NCBI RefSeq assembly: GCF_006345805.1
Contig: NC_042999.1
Location: 85,498,001 to 85,562,000 of the forward strand
Reading direction: 5' to 3'
Length of the DNA: 64,000 bases
Source of the DNA: Octopus sinensis
Taxonomy: Eukaryota
The notes beneath the pieces are model-generated. The model saw only the letters and a list, made by a program, of their open reading frames with translations. It had not been told where the DNA came from and ran no database searches. This document shows, piece after piece, positions 51,311-64,000 of this stretch. The first letter of the stretch is position 1. Each line of letters opens with the position of its first letter. The position numbers were made by a program, and so were the translations under genes.

Positions 51311-51639
51311 CCATCCTACAGATGTATCATTATTTTAATATTTTGATTTTAATGTTTTTCATGTTCATTTTCCTGTGTCATTTATAGAATCATATTTTAT
51401 TTTAATTGTTATATGTCCCTACATGTGTTGTAGTGTCCCCCTCTATGTAATACCTTTATGGCAATTTAAAAGAAATAAAGAAGCTTGCTCCCCATCCACA
51501 TGGTTCAGAGTTCAGTTCCACTGTGTGGCTAATGTCTTCTACAATAGCCACAGGCCAATCAAAGCCTTGTGAGTGGATTTTGTAGATGGAAACTGAAAGA
51601 AGCCCATTATATATATGTGAGTGTGTATGTGTGGTCACC

Positions 51640-51930
51640 AACCACAAAGAGAAGGTCCCTGTCATTCGTCAATGAGGTAGTCTGCAAGAGAGTGTCATAA
51701 AATCGGTCTTTCTGTTCATCAGGTAGCCCTGGCTGAGGGGCATAGGCCGGGATAATGGTTTCTAATCCATGTTGCAGCATTAGTCTAAGCTTAAGTATTC
51801 TGTCACGGATTCTGACTGCCTCGATTAACTTATCAACCCATTTCTCTGCAAGGAGTATACTCACACCCCCAACCCCATCAGTGTTCCCTACTCAGAAAAT
51901 CTTATACCTATGTTCTTTGCATGTGAGGAA
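51640..51930 (-). mobile_element. RTE LINE apurinic endonuclease fragment
   Basis: ILLAEKWVDK...AYAPQPGLPDEQKDRFYDTLLQ...FVVGD. Confidence 0.88.
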
Positions 51931-51974
51931 CCTAGCAAAACTTCCTCTCCACCTTATTTCTTGGATGCAGCACA

Positions 51975-53365
51975 AATCTACCTCAGCCCCCTCTCTTCAT
52001 CATAGTTCTCCAGGCAATAGCAGAAGAATTCAAGACAGGCTGCTCTAGGGAGTTCCTCTATGCTGATGACCTTGTTCTAATAGCCGAGTCATTACCAGCA
52101 TTAGAGAAGGAGTTTCAGGTGTGGAAGCAAGGATTAGAATCGATGGACCTAAGAGTCAACCAAGAAAAAATCAAAGTCTTAGTAAGTAGGAAGGCAGACA
52201 AATCACAAATACCTTTAGGTAGATGGCCCTCCTCAATCTGTAGAAAAGATATAGGTAGAAACTCCATAAGATTTACCTAGTGTAAGCTATGGATACATAA
52301 GAGGTGCATCAATATCAAAGGAAGGTTAACTGAGAAGATAGTTTTTGTATGTGGCAGATGCACAGGAGCAATGAACACTGAAGATGTACAGAAAACAGAT
52401 TCCATCACATGCCAGGGAAAAAACTAGAAGTAGTTGATAGCTACCATTATCTAGATGACCAAGTCAGTAGCAGGGGTTGATGTCCTGAGAGCACAGCTGT
52501 TAGAATAGCCTGGGCAAAGTTCAGAGAGCTCCTAGCTCTACTGGTGACAAAGGGCCTCTTCCTCAGAGTGAAAGGTAGACTGTATGATGCCTGTGTATGA
52601 GCTGCCATGCTACATGCCAGTGAAAGATGGGCTGTGATTGCTGAGGACATGTGTAGACTTGAAAGAAATGAAGCTAGTATGATTTGCTGAATGTCAGTGT
52701 ACATAAACAACAGAGTGTAGGCGCTCTGAGAAAAAAGTTGGACATAAGAAGCATCAGTTGTGGTATGCAAGAGAGATGACTGTGCTGCTATGGTCATTTG
52801 CTTCATATGGATGAGGACAGCTGTGTGAAGAAGTGTTACACCCTAACAGTGGAGGGAACCTGTGGAAGAGGCAAACCTAGGAAGACATATGATGAAGTGA
52901 TGAAGCTTGACCTTTGAACGTTGGGCCTCACAGAGGCAATGACATTTGACCAAGACCTTTGGAGAGGTGCTTGAGAAGACCCAGCAAGCCAAGTGAGATC
53001 ACAGGCATGGCCAATGCCAGTGTCATATAACTGGCCCATTTAAAAGTACCTCTTCAATCACTGGGCAATAGGCTGTGCTTGAGAAGACCTGTTGAGCCAG
53101 GTGAAATCGTAGTTGTGGCTGATACCAGTTCCACCTGACTGGCACCTGTGCCAGTGGAACATAAAAGACACTATTTGAGCATGGCTGATGCAGTGCCGCC
53201 TGATTGGCTCCCATGCTTGTAGCACATAAAAAGCTCTATTTGAGCATGACCAATACCAGTGTCACCTGACTGGCTCCTGTACTGGTGGCATGTAAAAAGC
53301 ACCATTTGTGCATGGTCAATGCCAGTTCTACCCAAGTGGCTCGTAAAAAGCACCCACTACAACTT
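51975..53365 (+). mobile_element. RTE LINE reverse transcriptase to 3' UTR, decayed
   Basis: LSPLFIIVLQAIAEEFKTG...LYADDLVLIAESL; FSLRVKGRLYDACV-like motif; 3' UTR tandem modules. Confidence 0.9.
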
Positions 53366-54839
53366 GAACAGTAGAAATGTATTTTGAAAAGTTAATACAT
53401 GATTCAAACATCACCTACATAAGAACATCTCTTATTCACCAGCAGCTTTTAGGAAATGCTATTCTCACGTTACAAATCAATAAATCAGGTAAAGTTTCTA
53501 CATGTTGCTCAGAGGGACAATGAAGTATTTTGCTTTAAAAAAAAAACACTATCAACACTTGTTGGACAATCTTTTAAATCTGAAATGCTACTACTTGTGG
53601 TAAATACATTTTTCACAGTTGGAAAGACTATCCTTCTTGTCATATAAACATCACTTGTGAAAAAAGGGCTGCATTTTAAAAGGGTAAATGTTAAATAAAT
53701 AATTGCAAAACCATGAAAAAGGCAGGTTTCAGTTTTTATTTCTTATTACATATGTTTTGTACAATTAGTGTTACAGAATTACAAAGTTAAAATTTTGTAG
53801 AAGAGGTCCCAATTGATAATTATTTTATCTATGCTTATGATTGCATTAGTTCAGGTAGCTTTAAAAGTGCTGCTGTGGGTAGAAAACTTTCTGTTGCTAT
53901 ACAACTAATTATGCAGGAGATCTTTATGGCACAGTGTGATCTGAACACTAAAATTACAAAGGTTACTGTGCTTCTGACATTTAGATAACTAATCTACCAA
54001 TTTTGATGTCCTCAAACTTTTCAAAAGCTATATAAACAACTCATAATTCACTAGTTCTTATCATTGAAAAATCAAAGACATCATACTGTTGCAACAGTCT
54101 CTAACTGAAATTTTAATGCTCTTTCCAAATTTCTAATATCACTCACCTCTACCTTTATCTACTTGCTTACTGCCAATCACTCCTTTTTTCCTCAACCACC
54201 TCTATATATACCCCTGTACTCTTCCCATCATATTCTCATTCTCTTCACCCTCCTACCCATTCTGGTCCTTCTCATGTCATTGTTCTTTCTCTTCAACTCC
54301 CTGCTCCACTTGGTCACCAGTGCAATGTACATGTTCTTATTTATTGAGTACTCTCTATCCCTACATCTACTTCCTCATCTTCAGTCCACCTCTCTAATAC
54401 CCATTTGTGGCCTTTCTCTTGTAATTGTTCCCTTTCCAATTTTATATTTATTGTTTACAAGCCCCCACCCAACTGTTTACATTGTAAAGTGGTTAGCTAG
54501 AAAAGCATAGAAAGTGATGTCCCTCTACTTCTGTCTCAGTAAGTGTTATTTAATCTTTCTAGCATTGGTTTTGTGAGAAATGCACTCAATACACTGTAAT
54601 GTAGTTGGCACCAGGAAAGCATCTAGCCATAGAAAACAAACCAAATGATACATATAAGCACTTAAACTTTGAGATCAGTAGCTCCAAATAGGAGACAACT
54701 CAGACTGTGATAACTTATCTAATCCATGTCAGCATGGAAAACAGACATAAAATGACAATGATGATGATGATGATGATGATGATGACTGCAACAAAATCTC
54801 AACAATTTAGTCACTTTGGCTTATAGGTTATTTTCTGAA

Positions 54840-55300
54840 GGTGCCACTGAAAACAGCATGTCATCATGGCATGCAAAAATTGTAGTGATAATGGACAGGA
54901 TTAACTGATGTAAGAAACATCAGTGTGTGGACTACTAATAAACAGTTAGATAAAGTAAATAGGCTATCTGCATACAGATTGTTTGGTACCACTTTAAAAC
55001 ATGTAATCTATCTGGCAGTTTACACCTTAGCATGCAGTCTAAACCTAATGTTAAATTTAAGTTCTAAATCCTAACCCAGATCAGGTCATTCCACAGCAAG
55101 ACTTTTGATACTGTCATAGATTGCACACTAAAGTAACACCAGTTATTCTCAATCTTCAATCTTAAGAAAGTATATCATCAAATACTTCTGCTGGAGTCTG
55201 ACAGAAAATACACAGCATTTGAAGCAAATGGCAGATTTCCTCAATTTTATTATTTCATTTGGTGTTACTATTCCCAGAAACTAGTCGCAGAACTGTGGTA
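54840..55300 (+). mobile_element. Decayed Ty3/Gypsy reverse transcriptase fragment
   Basis: FNLKKVYHQILL...DRKYTAFEANG...FGVT resembles the Gypsy RT motif DLxxAYHQI...TAF...PFG. Multiple frameshifts. Confidence 0.6.
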
Positions 55301-55971
55301 GAAGACAGCTTGAAAGATAACCTATCCCTATTTGCAAGACAAAACAAAGCCAAACATAATTTGAATGCTATGTCACTTCAATTTAAAGAGACAAGTTAAA
55401 ATTGCATAACAACCAGTAGAATGCTTGTGCATGGGCAGAGAGGAAAATTGGGTGATGGATGCAATAGTATTTATTATGTGCTAATGCAGTGTTTCTCGTA
55501 GTGATAGTCCTCTCCTTAGAAGGGATGCGAAAGAGCTGATAAATTGCTTTTTTTTAATAAAATGAGATGATTTTAAACTTTTCAGACATCATGGAGAAGC
55601 AAGAAGAATTATATGGATGCAAACTATTTTGTTTTCACACTCATAAAGAAGGATAGTAAAAACATTTCCCAAATATTTGTTAGGAGGTGGGATATTTATA
55701 AGTTCGATAAAAACTGTATTGGGTATATCTTATTTCTGTTGGGTGAATGCCATTATACCAAAAGCCATGAGAGGAGTTAATTAAGAACTGGAATTTTGAA
55801 AGAAAAAAATCTTTTAGAGACGTAATTTCTGTATTATTTGTTCACTTTTGAATATATTGTATAATATGTCTTTCTTTATATATACTGTTTGAGATGTGTG
55901 GTTTGAGGGAGATTGAGACCTATCATGGTAACTCTAAGTGTCGTCTGCTAGTTGTGGATTAGCATGCATCT

Positions 55972-55982
55972 ACGCATGCGCA
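55972..55982. promoter_or_regulatory. NRF1-like palindrome (ACGCATGCGCA), candidate core promoter
   Basis: Near-consensus TGCGCATGCGCA. Similar partial motifs at 25735 (TGCGCATGCA) and 58797 (CATGCGCAC, upstream of the dynein exon). Confidence 0.45.
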
Positions 55983-56589
55983 AATGAAATGGACGAGTCC
56001 AAAAACTTCTGGAAGGTTGGTGTTGGATGTTCGTATACAGAAAACCGGGAGGGAAGGTGAATAACAAAAAAATTGAAATAGAAAAAAAAAAATTTCACAA
56101 TCGTAATCATATTTTAATACTTATAGAAAAAAAAATTGGAGAAAGTTAAAACAAGAGATTGTGGGAAAATTAAATTTCATACATCTGTTTTGTTTTATGT
56201 TGGCATAATTGTAATTTTCGTTGTTGAAAATGCAGTAATTTGAAAAAAAATTTCGAAAAAATTAATGGATGGGATGACAGTCTGACACGGGTAGCAAACC
56301 ATTCGCAGAACGAAAATCAAGCTTAGAACGTAATAAATGAACACATCTTCAACAATATATATGGGACAGTGACTCTAGAAATACAGAAAACTATAAACAA
56401 CACCATGTGAATATTTGGTTGAAAAACCCTTTTCGATAGAAAAAGTCTAAGGCTGTTCATGGGACACGAATCCACATCTACACATATATGTACACACACA
56501 CACACACACATTCCTACATGCCTTATTTCCTTCCATATCGGCTACATCTAATGGCATTCCTACATATGCGTGCCCCGACTTTGTCTCCC

Positions 56590-57260
56590 CGTAACTTCCA
56601 GAAATATTGATATTTTATAATGAAAAGTTTCAACAAATATGTTTCGGGTAGGGTAGATTCCGATTATATCGGAAATTGAGAAAAAAAAACAAAAACAAAA
56701 AAACAAACTGTGTCATTAGGTGGAAAGATGAGTTTCGGAAAATTCACACGAGTTGGCTTGGTTTCGTCATAACGTTCAGAAAAATGGGTATTTTTTAATG
56801 AAATTTTCTACAAATGCCTTTCATTACAAATTATATCGATAGTTAGTGTGAAAAGAAAAATAGTGTACACACACATTGTCAGGCATCACAATTTTTTCGA
56901 AATTTCAAGTTTCTTTTTGTTGATATATGTGATGTGCATTAGTATGTGTGCAGGGCCCACCAATTTTTTATTTTCATATTAAATTCCGATATAATCCTGA
57001 CACATTCTGAAAGGTATTTATTGAAAATTTCATTAAAAAAATTTATCCATTTTTCAGAAAGTTGTAAGTAAACAAAGCCGACTCGTGTGAATTTTCCGAA
57101 AATTTTCACCTTCACCCTCGGAAAAAAATTGTTCACCATATATCCCAATACAATCAGAATCTACACCTTGTGAAGCATATTTGTAAAAAATTTCATTAAA
57201 AAATATTTTTCTGGAAGTTATGAGCCAAAAAATCGGGAGTGGGGGGGTTAGCACACATGT
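56590..57260. repeat. Foldback-like array of degenerate internal repeats (forward block then reverse block)
   Basis: GGAAAATTCACACGAGT at 56737 (+) and 57081-57097 (-). TTTTTAATGAAATTTT..ACAAAT units occur in both orientations. Confidence 0.7.
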
Positions 57261-57739
57261 AGAAATATTTAATTTATTTATAGGTTGTAAAGAATAAGGT
57301 CTGTGTCGATACAATTTTAAGGTCTTCTGCTACATATGTGGGACGCAGAGATGAATAGCAGAAGAGGTTAAATAATAGCCTAAACAATATTGACAATACA
57401 CAACTCAACTGTCCTTTTTATTAGCAACAGATTTTCTTTTGTTAGCTTTTATTCTTTTATTGTTTATCCTCGGTCAACTCTGACCTGACAGACCAAATTC
57501 CAATCGTAAACAACCCGTCTCCTCACTCCACCTAACTAATGTGTCTTTTTATATTTTTACATACGATTTGGTGTGGTTCGAGGCAGATTTGGCTGCTATT
57601 TCTACAACTCGGAAGCCCACATTGCGGCTCCCTCGTTTATTATGAAGGGCTGTGTTCAAACTGTCAATAGGAGAATTAAGTTTTTTTTCTTTTTTTTTTT
57701 TCGGAATTGCCCTGTCAGGCACCCAAACATCAGAGTCAG

Positions 57740-58110
57740 AAACACCTAATTTTCACTAATTGTTCATTGACGGTACTTGTGGAAACTTCTAACTTCTCTA
57801 GTCGTAATACTCGAGTTTTCTTCAATTATTACCTTTCAAATATTGTCATCTATGGTTGAGGGCCTTCCACAATGGTTTGCTACCCGTGTCAGACTGTCTT
57901 TTCAGCTGAACTCACGTCTAAATTTTGTAAACCATCTTCGAACAGTTGATTCATCTACAACACAAACTCAACAAATGATTTTATACGTTTTCGCAGTATT
58001 TTCACTTTTTACAGAAGAAAAGCATTATGTGACGAATATGCAATTTTTGGTTATTCATTTCAAACGACAATTAGGGCTAATTTTTTTAATACTGCAAGCA
58101 ATTCTGAAAT
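57740..58110 (-). mobile_element. Mariner transposase N-terminal fragment
   Basis: ESTVRRWFTKFRR...GRPSTIDDN...IIEENSSITTREV on the minus strand, typical of the mariner HTH region. Confidence 0.7.
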
Positions 58111-58192
58111 AAATCATACCACGATTATGATTGTTGTATTAAGGGCTTAAAGACACAAATTCTGAAATCGCTCAGAATTTTTGAACAATCTG

Positions 58193-58608
58193 AGGATCTT
58201 TTCGGTTTGAACGGCAGTTTTTTAAAATAATTTCCACGTAACTAAACACTTTTAAACTTCGTATACTGGTAGAATTTGTTTATAAAACATCTTTTTCTCT
58301 TGGCTTTATTGAGAAAATTCTATAGTTTGTAAGATATTTGTTGTTTTTTTTCTTCAGTTTCTGCAATTTCAACCAATCAATGACATCTATTGAGGTGAAA
58401 ACATTCTGTGTCGTATGAATATGTCCCTCGTTTAAGAAACAGATTGGGTTTATTTACATTTGTGAATAAAAAAGACACCCTTCCCCCACCCTAACCCTAA
58501 CCCTAAAACAGATTGAAATGCAATAGATCGATACTAGGGTCATAATTATGGGTGACAATTTCATATGACACCGCTAGGAAAAACTGCCGTTCAAACCGAA
58601 AAGATCCC
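58193..58608. mobile_element. Same MITE family, copy 2, with 6-bp TSD AATCTG
   Basis: TIRs present; AATCTG at 58187-58192 and 58609-58614; internal (CCCTAA)3. Confidence 0.88.
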
Positions 58609-59038
58609 AATCTGATATATTTGTTTTCCTTTCCCTTTTTTAACCTGCCGCTCGAAACTTCAGGTTATATATTTCCTTCCCTTCACACATACAGTACTAT
58701 GCACGAATTCCATTCACTACCTAATAAGCCGTATAAATTAGTTTGCACAGACACATATATTTAACCAATGAAATACCGTCTTTTGTAGAAAACGATCATG
58801 CGCACTCAGCTACTTACTAACCGGATATGATGAGAGAATATTTTCTGGTGTCCTTTCGAATCTGGTCATAACAGGTTACTTGTTGAGAAAGACTCTTGCC
58901 ACTCCCCGTTGAACCAGTGAGTGGATTCAGTTGGAAAGTCATTTTCCTTCTGAAAAGACAATATTCTGGTGACTGTCCACTTGCTGAATAACTTGAAGAG
59001 ATACTAGTCTGCGCAGTATCCTATCCCCTTTGGGAAGG

Positions 59039-59297
59039 ATGGCGGACACCGAACATGATTCTCCGAATAGCGGAGGTGGTCAACAGCATCAGCAACCTGC
59101 TCAAGCTGTGGCCGAATTAAGTGAATTTACTGCATTTTTGGGACGGATGGTCTCTGTTGTTTTTGAAGATACTACAGCATCTATCACCGAAGCTTTTAAA
59201 AGGGCGTTGGTCGATAAGACGAATACAGACTGCATTCGGAAGTTTTTGTCTGATCCCCAAATCCCCATTTTGCTTGTGCAGAGATCATCACCAAAAG
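59039..59297 (+). CDS. DYNC1H1: Cytoplasmic dynein 1 heavy chain, first coding exon (no further exon found in the window)
   Basis: MADTEHDS...VAELSEFTAFLGRMVSVVFED...[34 protein letters not shown] resembles the dynein-1 heavy-chain N-terminus (vertebrate ...[21 protein letters not shown]...[24 protein letters not shown]). Phase-1 donor AAAG|GTTTGT at 59297/59298. Confidence 0.9.
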
Positions 59298-60498
59298 GTT
59301 TGTTTTCTTTTAATGATTCTTTATATATAATGAAGAGAATTTTTGTCACGCCTACTTAGGTAACTTTTAGGCATAATTTAGTCCCTACTAAAGTAATTAT
59401 AATTTACTTTTAATATGTATATTATTTAAAGTTTTATCTTATATATGGGACTGTTTTGAATATCTCTGTACTTAAATTTAATATATACCTCAATGAACGC
59501 ATATGACACTACAACCCAAAAAAATAAATAAAACGTAAATATCAGTTACTTCAATAATTGTTGAATTCTATAGTTTTCCAATCTAGTGCTAATAAAAATT
59601 ATTGAATCCATTCCACATGAAAATCCAGTAAAACGGAGATTCTGAGTAACCTTTTGGTTTAATCTTGCGTTTCAAAAAAAAAACCAAATAAAAAGTTGAA
59701 AAAATCGACATTACTCCTTTAGTTATAGGTGCGTAGTTAAATGCGTTATCAATGCGGTATTTATTGAAGCAGACCGTATATGCATATATTGGGTTAATCA
59801 TATATGCACCTAGTGTGGCAACCGCTTTATATATATGTATATAAAGCATGCAGTTGTTTTGGGGTTGAGAATTTGCATATAAGTTTGTCATAATCAGCTA
59901 TGAGGACGGTTTCTTATTAGGAAGTGCAGTAAAATATTTTAAACACTTTATTCTGTGGCAATTATTTTGTGTGTATTCAATGCCTTTTTTTAAAATTAGT
60001 TTTTGGCGTGTTGGGTTATATTTTGTGTTAATATATAACAAAGACAAAATTTAATACAAGACAAAAGCTCATCGGGATCGTGTGAATGACTAATTCCCCT
60101 ATCCACAAAATTACGTAAAATGAGAGAAAAAATATTACGTTTGACAAAAAGAATTTCTTTTAAAATGCTTCCAGTTCTTTGCTTTATGAAGAGAGTAAAA
60201 TTGTATTTTGTGTGTGTTTTTAAAATACGTAATTTGAAATGACAGGATTGTCGCAACCAACGAAAGATGACTGCTGCCCTTCACAATCGCTATAATGAAT
60301 GACATCAGTGCGTTGCGTCAGTAGAATGCGAATTGTTCCCATTTATTTCTGAAAGTATTAGCCAATTCGGACGACAAAGCGACCAAAAACGAAAATTTGC
60401 GACAGTGTCAGCCAATAAAGTCACAGTTAGTCGGCTCATGAAGACTTCGGCATACCTACCCAAGTCCTCCCCACCGATTTTGTTTCCTCATAATTTTC

Positions 60499-60529
<31 letters not shown>

Positions 60530-60539
60530 AATCAAATCA

Positions 60540-61240
60540 AATGTTATTTTCTTCAAATACATTCCAGACGGTGTACATTCGGATTATATGTGATTTTTTT
60601 TTTCTCGGAGTGTGGGTAACAGTAGTTTCACAAATTCACACGGGTCGACTGTTTTCTCTTTCAGAAAAAGTTTCTACAAATACCTTTCGAGCGGTGTCGA
60701 TTACCTTTATATCGAAATTTATTTTGGAAAACAAAAGCAAAAACGGTGGGCGGGTACACATAACATACTAACACATCACATACGTGTCTACAAAATAAAA
60801 CTTGAAATTATGAAAAGATCGTGATGTTTGTATGTGCGTCCGCCAATATTTTTTCATATTACAATTTGAATAAATTAGCACTGTCTGAAAGGTATTTGTA
60901 GAAAATAGCTATTTTTTCTGAAAGTTATGATCAAACAGTCGGCTAGTTGCGGTGGTGACGTCGAACTTGTATGCCAATTTTCGATCTTGCTACCTAATTG
61001 CGAAAATGCAACTGGTGGAATACAGGCCGACGTTTTAAATGGGTTTGCGGACGGTGTTTCAGAATAGCCATTACTATCCCTTGGAGAAGAAAAAGGGCAC
61101 GGAATTGGGGAGTAAAATATATAAGTATGGAAATTTTGAAGGAAAAAAATTCGGCAAGACTTCCTTTGCCCCCCCCCCCCCAATACCCCTTAATTTTTTT
61201 TCTACACAAACCCAGTTTTCTGAATATCTACCTAATATCT
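60540..61240. repeat. Second foldback-like array of the same family
   Basis: CAAATTCACACGGGTCGACT and TTTCTACAAATACCTTTC (+, 60630-60690); CTGAAAGGTATTTGTAGAAAA (-, about 60885-60905). Confidence 0.6.
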
Positions 61241-62112
61241 CACAAAGATGCAACATTTCTGTACTTAATGATATTGGTGATGTAGAACTGCACTAAGCTT
61301 TTTTTTTATTCTAAAAGTATTTAGCTGTGTTGATCAACACCCTTGTAATTGCAAACCTATGTAGTTTACTAAAGTAGCCATGAAATTATGAATAATTGTA
61401 GCATTGGGGGTAGGTGCAGATATGTTTTCCATGCAAATGTCTTTCCAGAGAGTTTATGGACTTTCCTGTCTTAGATTTCTAAGATACAGATCAAAGGGAT
61501 GATTAAGTTTGCTTTTGCATCAGTCAAATATTCCATTTGTTCTGGAACCAATTGACTTGTCTTCTCTTGATGGCAAAAGACCAGATATCATTGTTATTGG
61601 AATGCAAGACACTACTTTGAGATGTCACTGTGGTGGATATTTTTGCCAGACATTTACTGAATTGGGATTGTTTCAGCTGCTGTCACTAATTTTGCATTTT
61701 CTCAGTTTTGTTCCAACTGTTTTCAAATTTGGTTTACCAATTTAGTTTTGTATAATTATGAAAATAAAATTCATTTTTGCTATGGATTAATGGTTCTGGT
61801 TTTTTTTATCGGCAGAACAAAGATTACTAAATATTCAGTGTTATCTACTAATTATCTCAAACAACTACTTTTAAAACTGCTGGTGTTTCCCTTTAACAGA
61901 ATCATTTTTATTTGATTTTAGTTTAAAACTTGTGACAATTGTGGAGTGGTGAAAAGACACAAAACCTCCTAAATGATTGTACAAAGCAGTGCTCCCAGTG
62001 TCCTTTCTTGTCTTTGCTATTTTCCTCCATGTACATAGAAATTTTAATGAAACAATTCGAAAGGAAAACAGTTTAAAGATTTCTCATGCATGCATACATA
62101 CATGTGTGTATA

Positions 62113-63331
62113 TATTGGCTTTGTAAGAAAGTAATTTCAGTTTTTTAGTGTGAGTTGAAATTTTTTTTTTCATACAAAGAATGAACTTTAATCAATTCTA
62201 TATTTTCCATTTTGTTCAATGACCTTTTGCCATCTTTCTAACTTCATGATTCTGTGCTCATAGAACTTCCGATCTTTATCAGCCAAAAACTGAAGCAAGT
62301 GTGATTTCAGGTCATCATCATTATTAAAAGTTTAATCATTCAAAGAATTTTGAAAACTTTGAAATAAATGGTAATCTGATGGTGCAAGGTTGGGGGCTAT
62401 ATGGATGTGACATCACTTCCCAACCAAGCTCCAGTAATTTTTTGTGAGTTAAGACGAGTGCGATCTAGTTCCATGGTGGAACATGATTCCTTTATGATTT
62501 ACCAATTCTGGCTGTTTTTCTTTGATTGCTTCTTCGAGTTTCATTAGTTGTTGACTGTAAACATCCGAATTGTTTGGTTCCTTGGAAGCAGCTCAAAATA
62601 CACAACACCTTTGTAATCCCACCAAATTGACAGCATGATTTTTTTTTTATTTTGATACAATTCAGCTTCAGTGTGATTTGTATTGGTTCATTACACTTGG
62701 ACCATGATCGGTTTCAATTGATGTTATTGTAGACAAACCATTTTTCATCACCAGTGATGATTCGTTTAAAAAAAAAAGGTTGATTTCACTGTGTTTGAGA
62801 TGCATATCGCTAATACTGATTCGTTGTGTTATGTGAATCTTTTTCAATTTATGTGGAATCCAAATATTGAGATTCTTGATGAATCCAAGACATTTTAAAT
62901 GGTTTTCAATTGTTGTCTGCAATCTCTCGAACAGTTATGACAATCAGATTCAGTTATGACTTTGATTTGGTCATCATCAAATTCAGTAGGTTGACCAGAA
63001 TGTAGGTCATCTTCGAAAAATCTCAAGAACGGAATTTTTTAAACCATTTCTGACAATGCCATAAACTTCACATATCTCTTTGAGTCTCAGCTGCTTTTTT
63101 GCCTTTATGGAAATAAGAAAGCAAAATGTGTCAAATGCTCATTTTTGCACTCCATGTTAAAATTGACACTCAACTATCAACTGTAAACAAAATTACGTGC
63201 AATTTGCTTCAAAAGTAAAAGCTAAAAGTACTGGCTATCAAATGTCAAAGGAAAAATTCATAATCTTAACAAGTCATTAAAAAATTATAACTATTTGCAA
63301 AAAATGAAATTACTTTCTTGCCAACCCAACA
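62113..63331 (-). mobile_element. Full-length decayed mariner element
   Basis: TIRs TATTGGCTTTGTAAGAAAGTAATTTC (62113) and GAAATTACTTTCTTGCCAACCCAACA (63306-63331). Transposase remnants WIPHKL and HPYSPNLAPSDYHLF on the minus strand. Confidence 0.88.
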
Positions 63332-64000
63332 GACACACACGCACTAATCCTTTTTTTTTTTAATGCTTTGTTAGAACAAGTCTGCATATGCTTTTACTAC
63401 AGTTAATACTAAAAAGTATTTTGTCCTTTAATAAGCAGTTAACATAAATGGACAGATACTGCCAATTACTTTCATTATAGAATAGTTACCTTCTTAGAAA
63501 TAGTTTACTTTATTACGATGTCTGAAGAATTATATATATGTGTAAGAGAGATAGAGAGAAAGGTTTGATGATGCAAACAGTTAAAAATGTCATGCTTTGA
63601 GTTCTGTTTTTCCTAATATTTAGCAGAAGCAACAGTGGTGCACAAAACCCTTAATCACTCTGTTGCTTCTGCTAAAATATTAATAATATATATTTAGTGT
63701 CCAACCCATGCTAGCATGGAAAGCGGACATTAAACGATGATGATGTGTTTGTCTTTTTCACTTTCCCATCCTCAAATGTCCACGATATGAAATTGAAAGT
63801 AATGGTATCTGGTAGCCATCTTGAGTAACGAAAAATGGCTGTGAAGACTTGGTAACTTAGTTTAATTTTAGAAATATACTTCTTTTGAATAGCTGTTCAA
63901 AATTATGTATATGGGATGAAAGTTATTGCACTCTGGGCCTTGAACACGAAACGTAGGAGGGCAAAGCGTTTAAATAAACCAAAAGAAATAGCTTTTAATA

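Noticed and set aside
58490-58506. Interstitial telomere or chromosome fusion site
   Set aside because: Only three CCCTAA units, and they are internal to a MITE.
59298-64000. Dynein exon 2
   Set aside because: No acceptor-bounded acidic DEGEEEKE-like segment was found; it probably lies beyond the window.

Overview
AT-rich, repeat-dense animal genomic DNA. It is most likely from a coleoid cephalopod (Octopus-like), inferred from the tRNA-derived SINE and RTE-LINE families with (GAT)n tails. Three protein-coding loci can be supported: (1) an intronless TNNI3K (ankyrin repeats plus TKL kinase, 847 aa) at 45240-47783 on the minus strand; (2) coding exon 1 of cytoplasmic dynein 1 heavy chain at 59039-59297 on the plus strand; (3) an unidentified multi-exon minus-strand gene between about 28.5 kb and 5.3 kb, assembled by hand from splice sites and reading-frame phase, with E2F motifs upstream. 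The rest is mariner remnants, MITEs, Helitron ends, RTE and Gypsy fragments, SINEs, palindromes and microsatellites. The most striking non-coding observation is a complete minimal type I hammerhead ribozyme motif (4493-4538) downstream of a tRNA-like Pol III promoter, a Penelope/retrozyme-like architecture. A second, CpG-decayed hammerhead lies at 8754-8791. All homology calls come from recognition by eye, with no database searches, and repeat boundaries are approximate.
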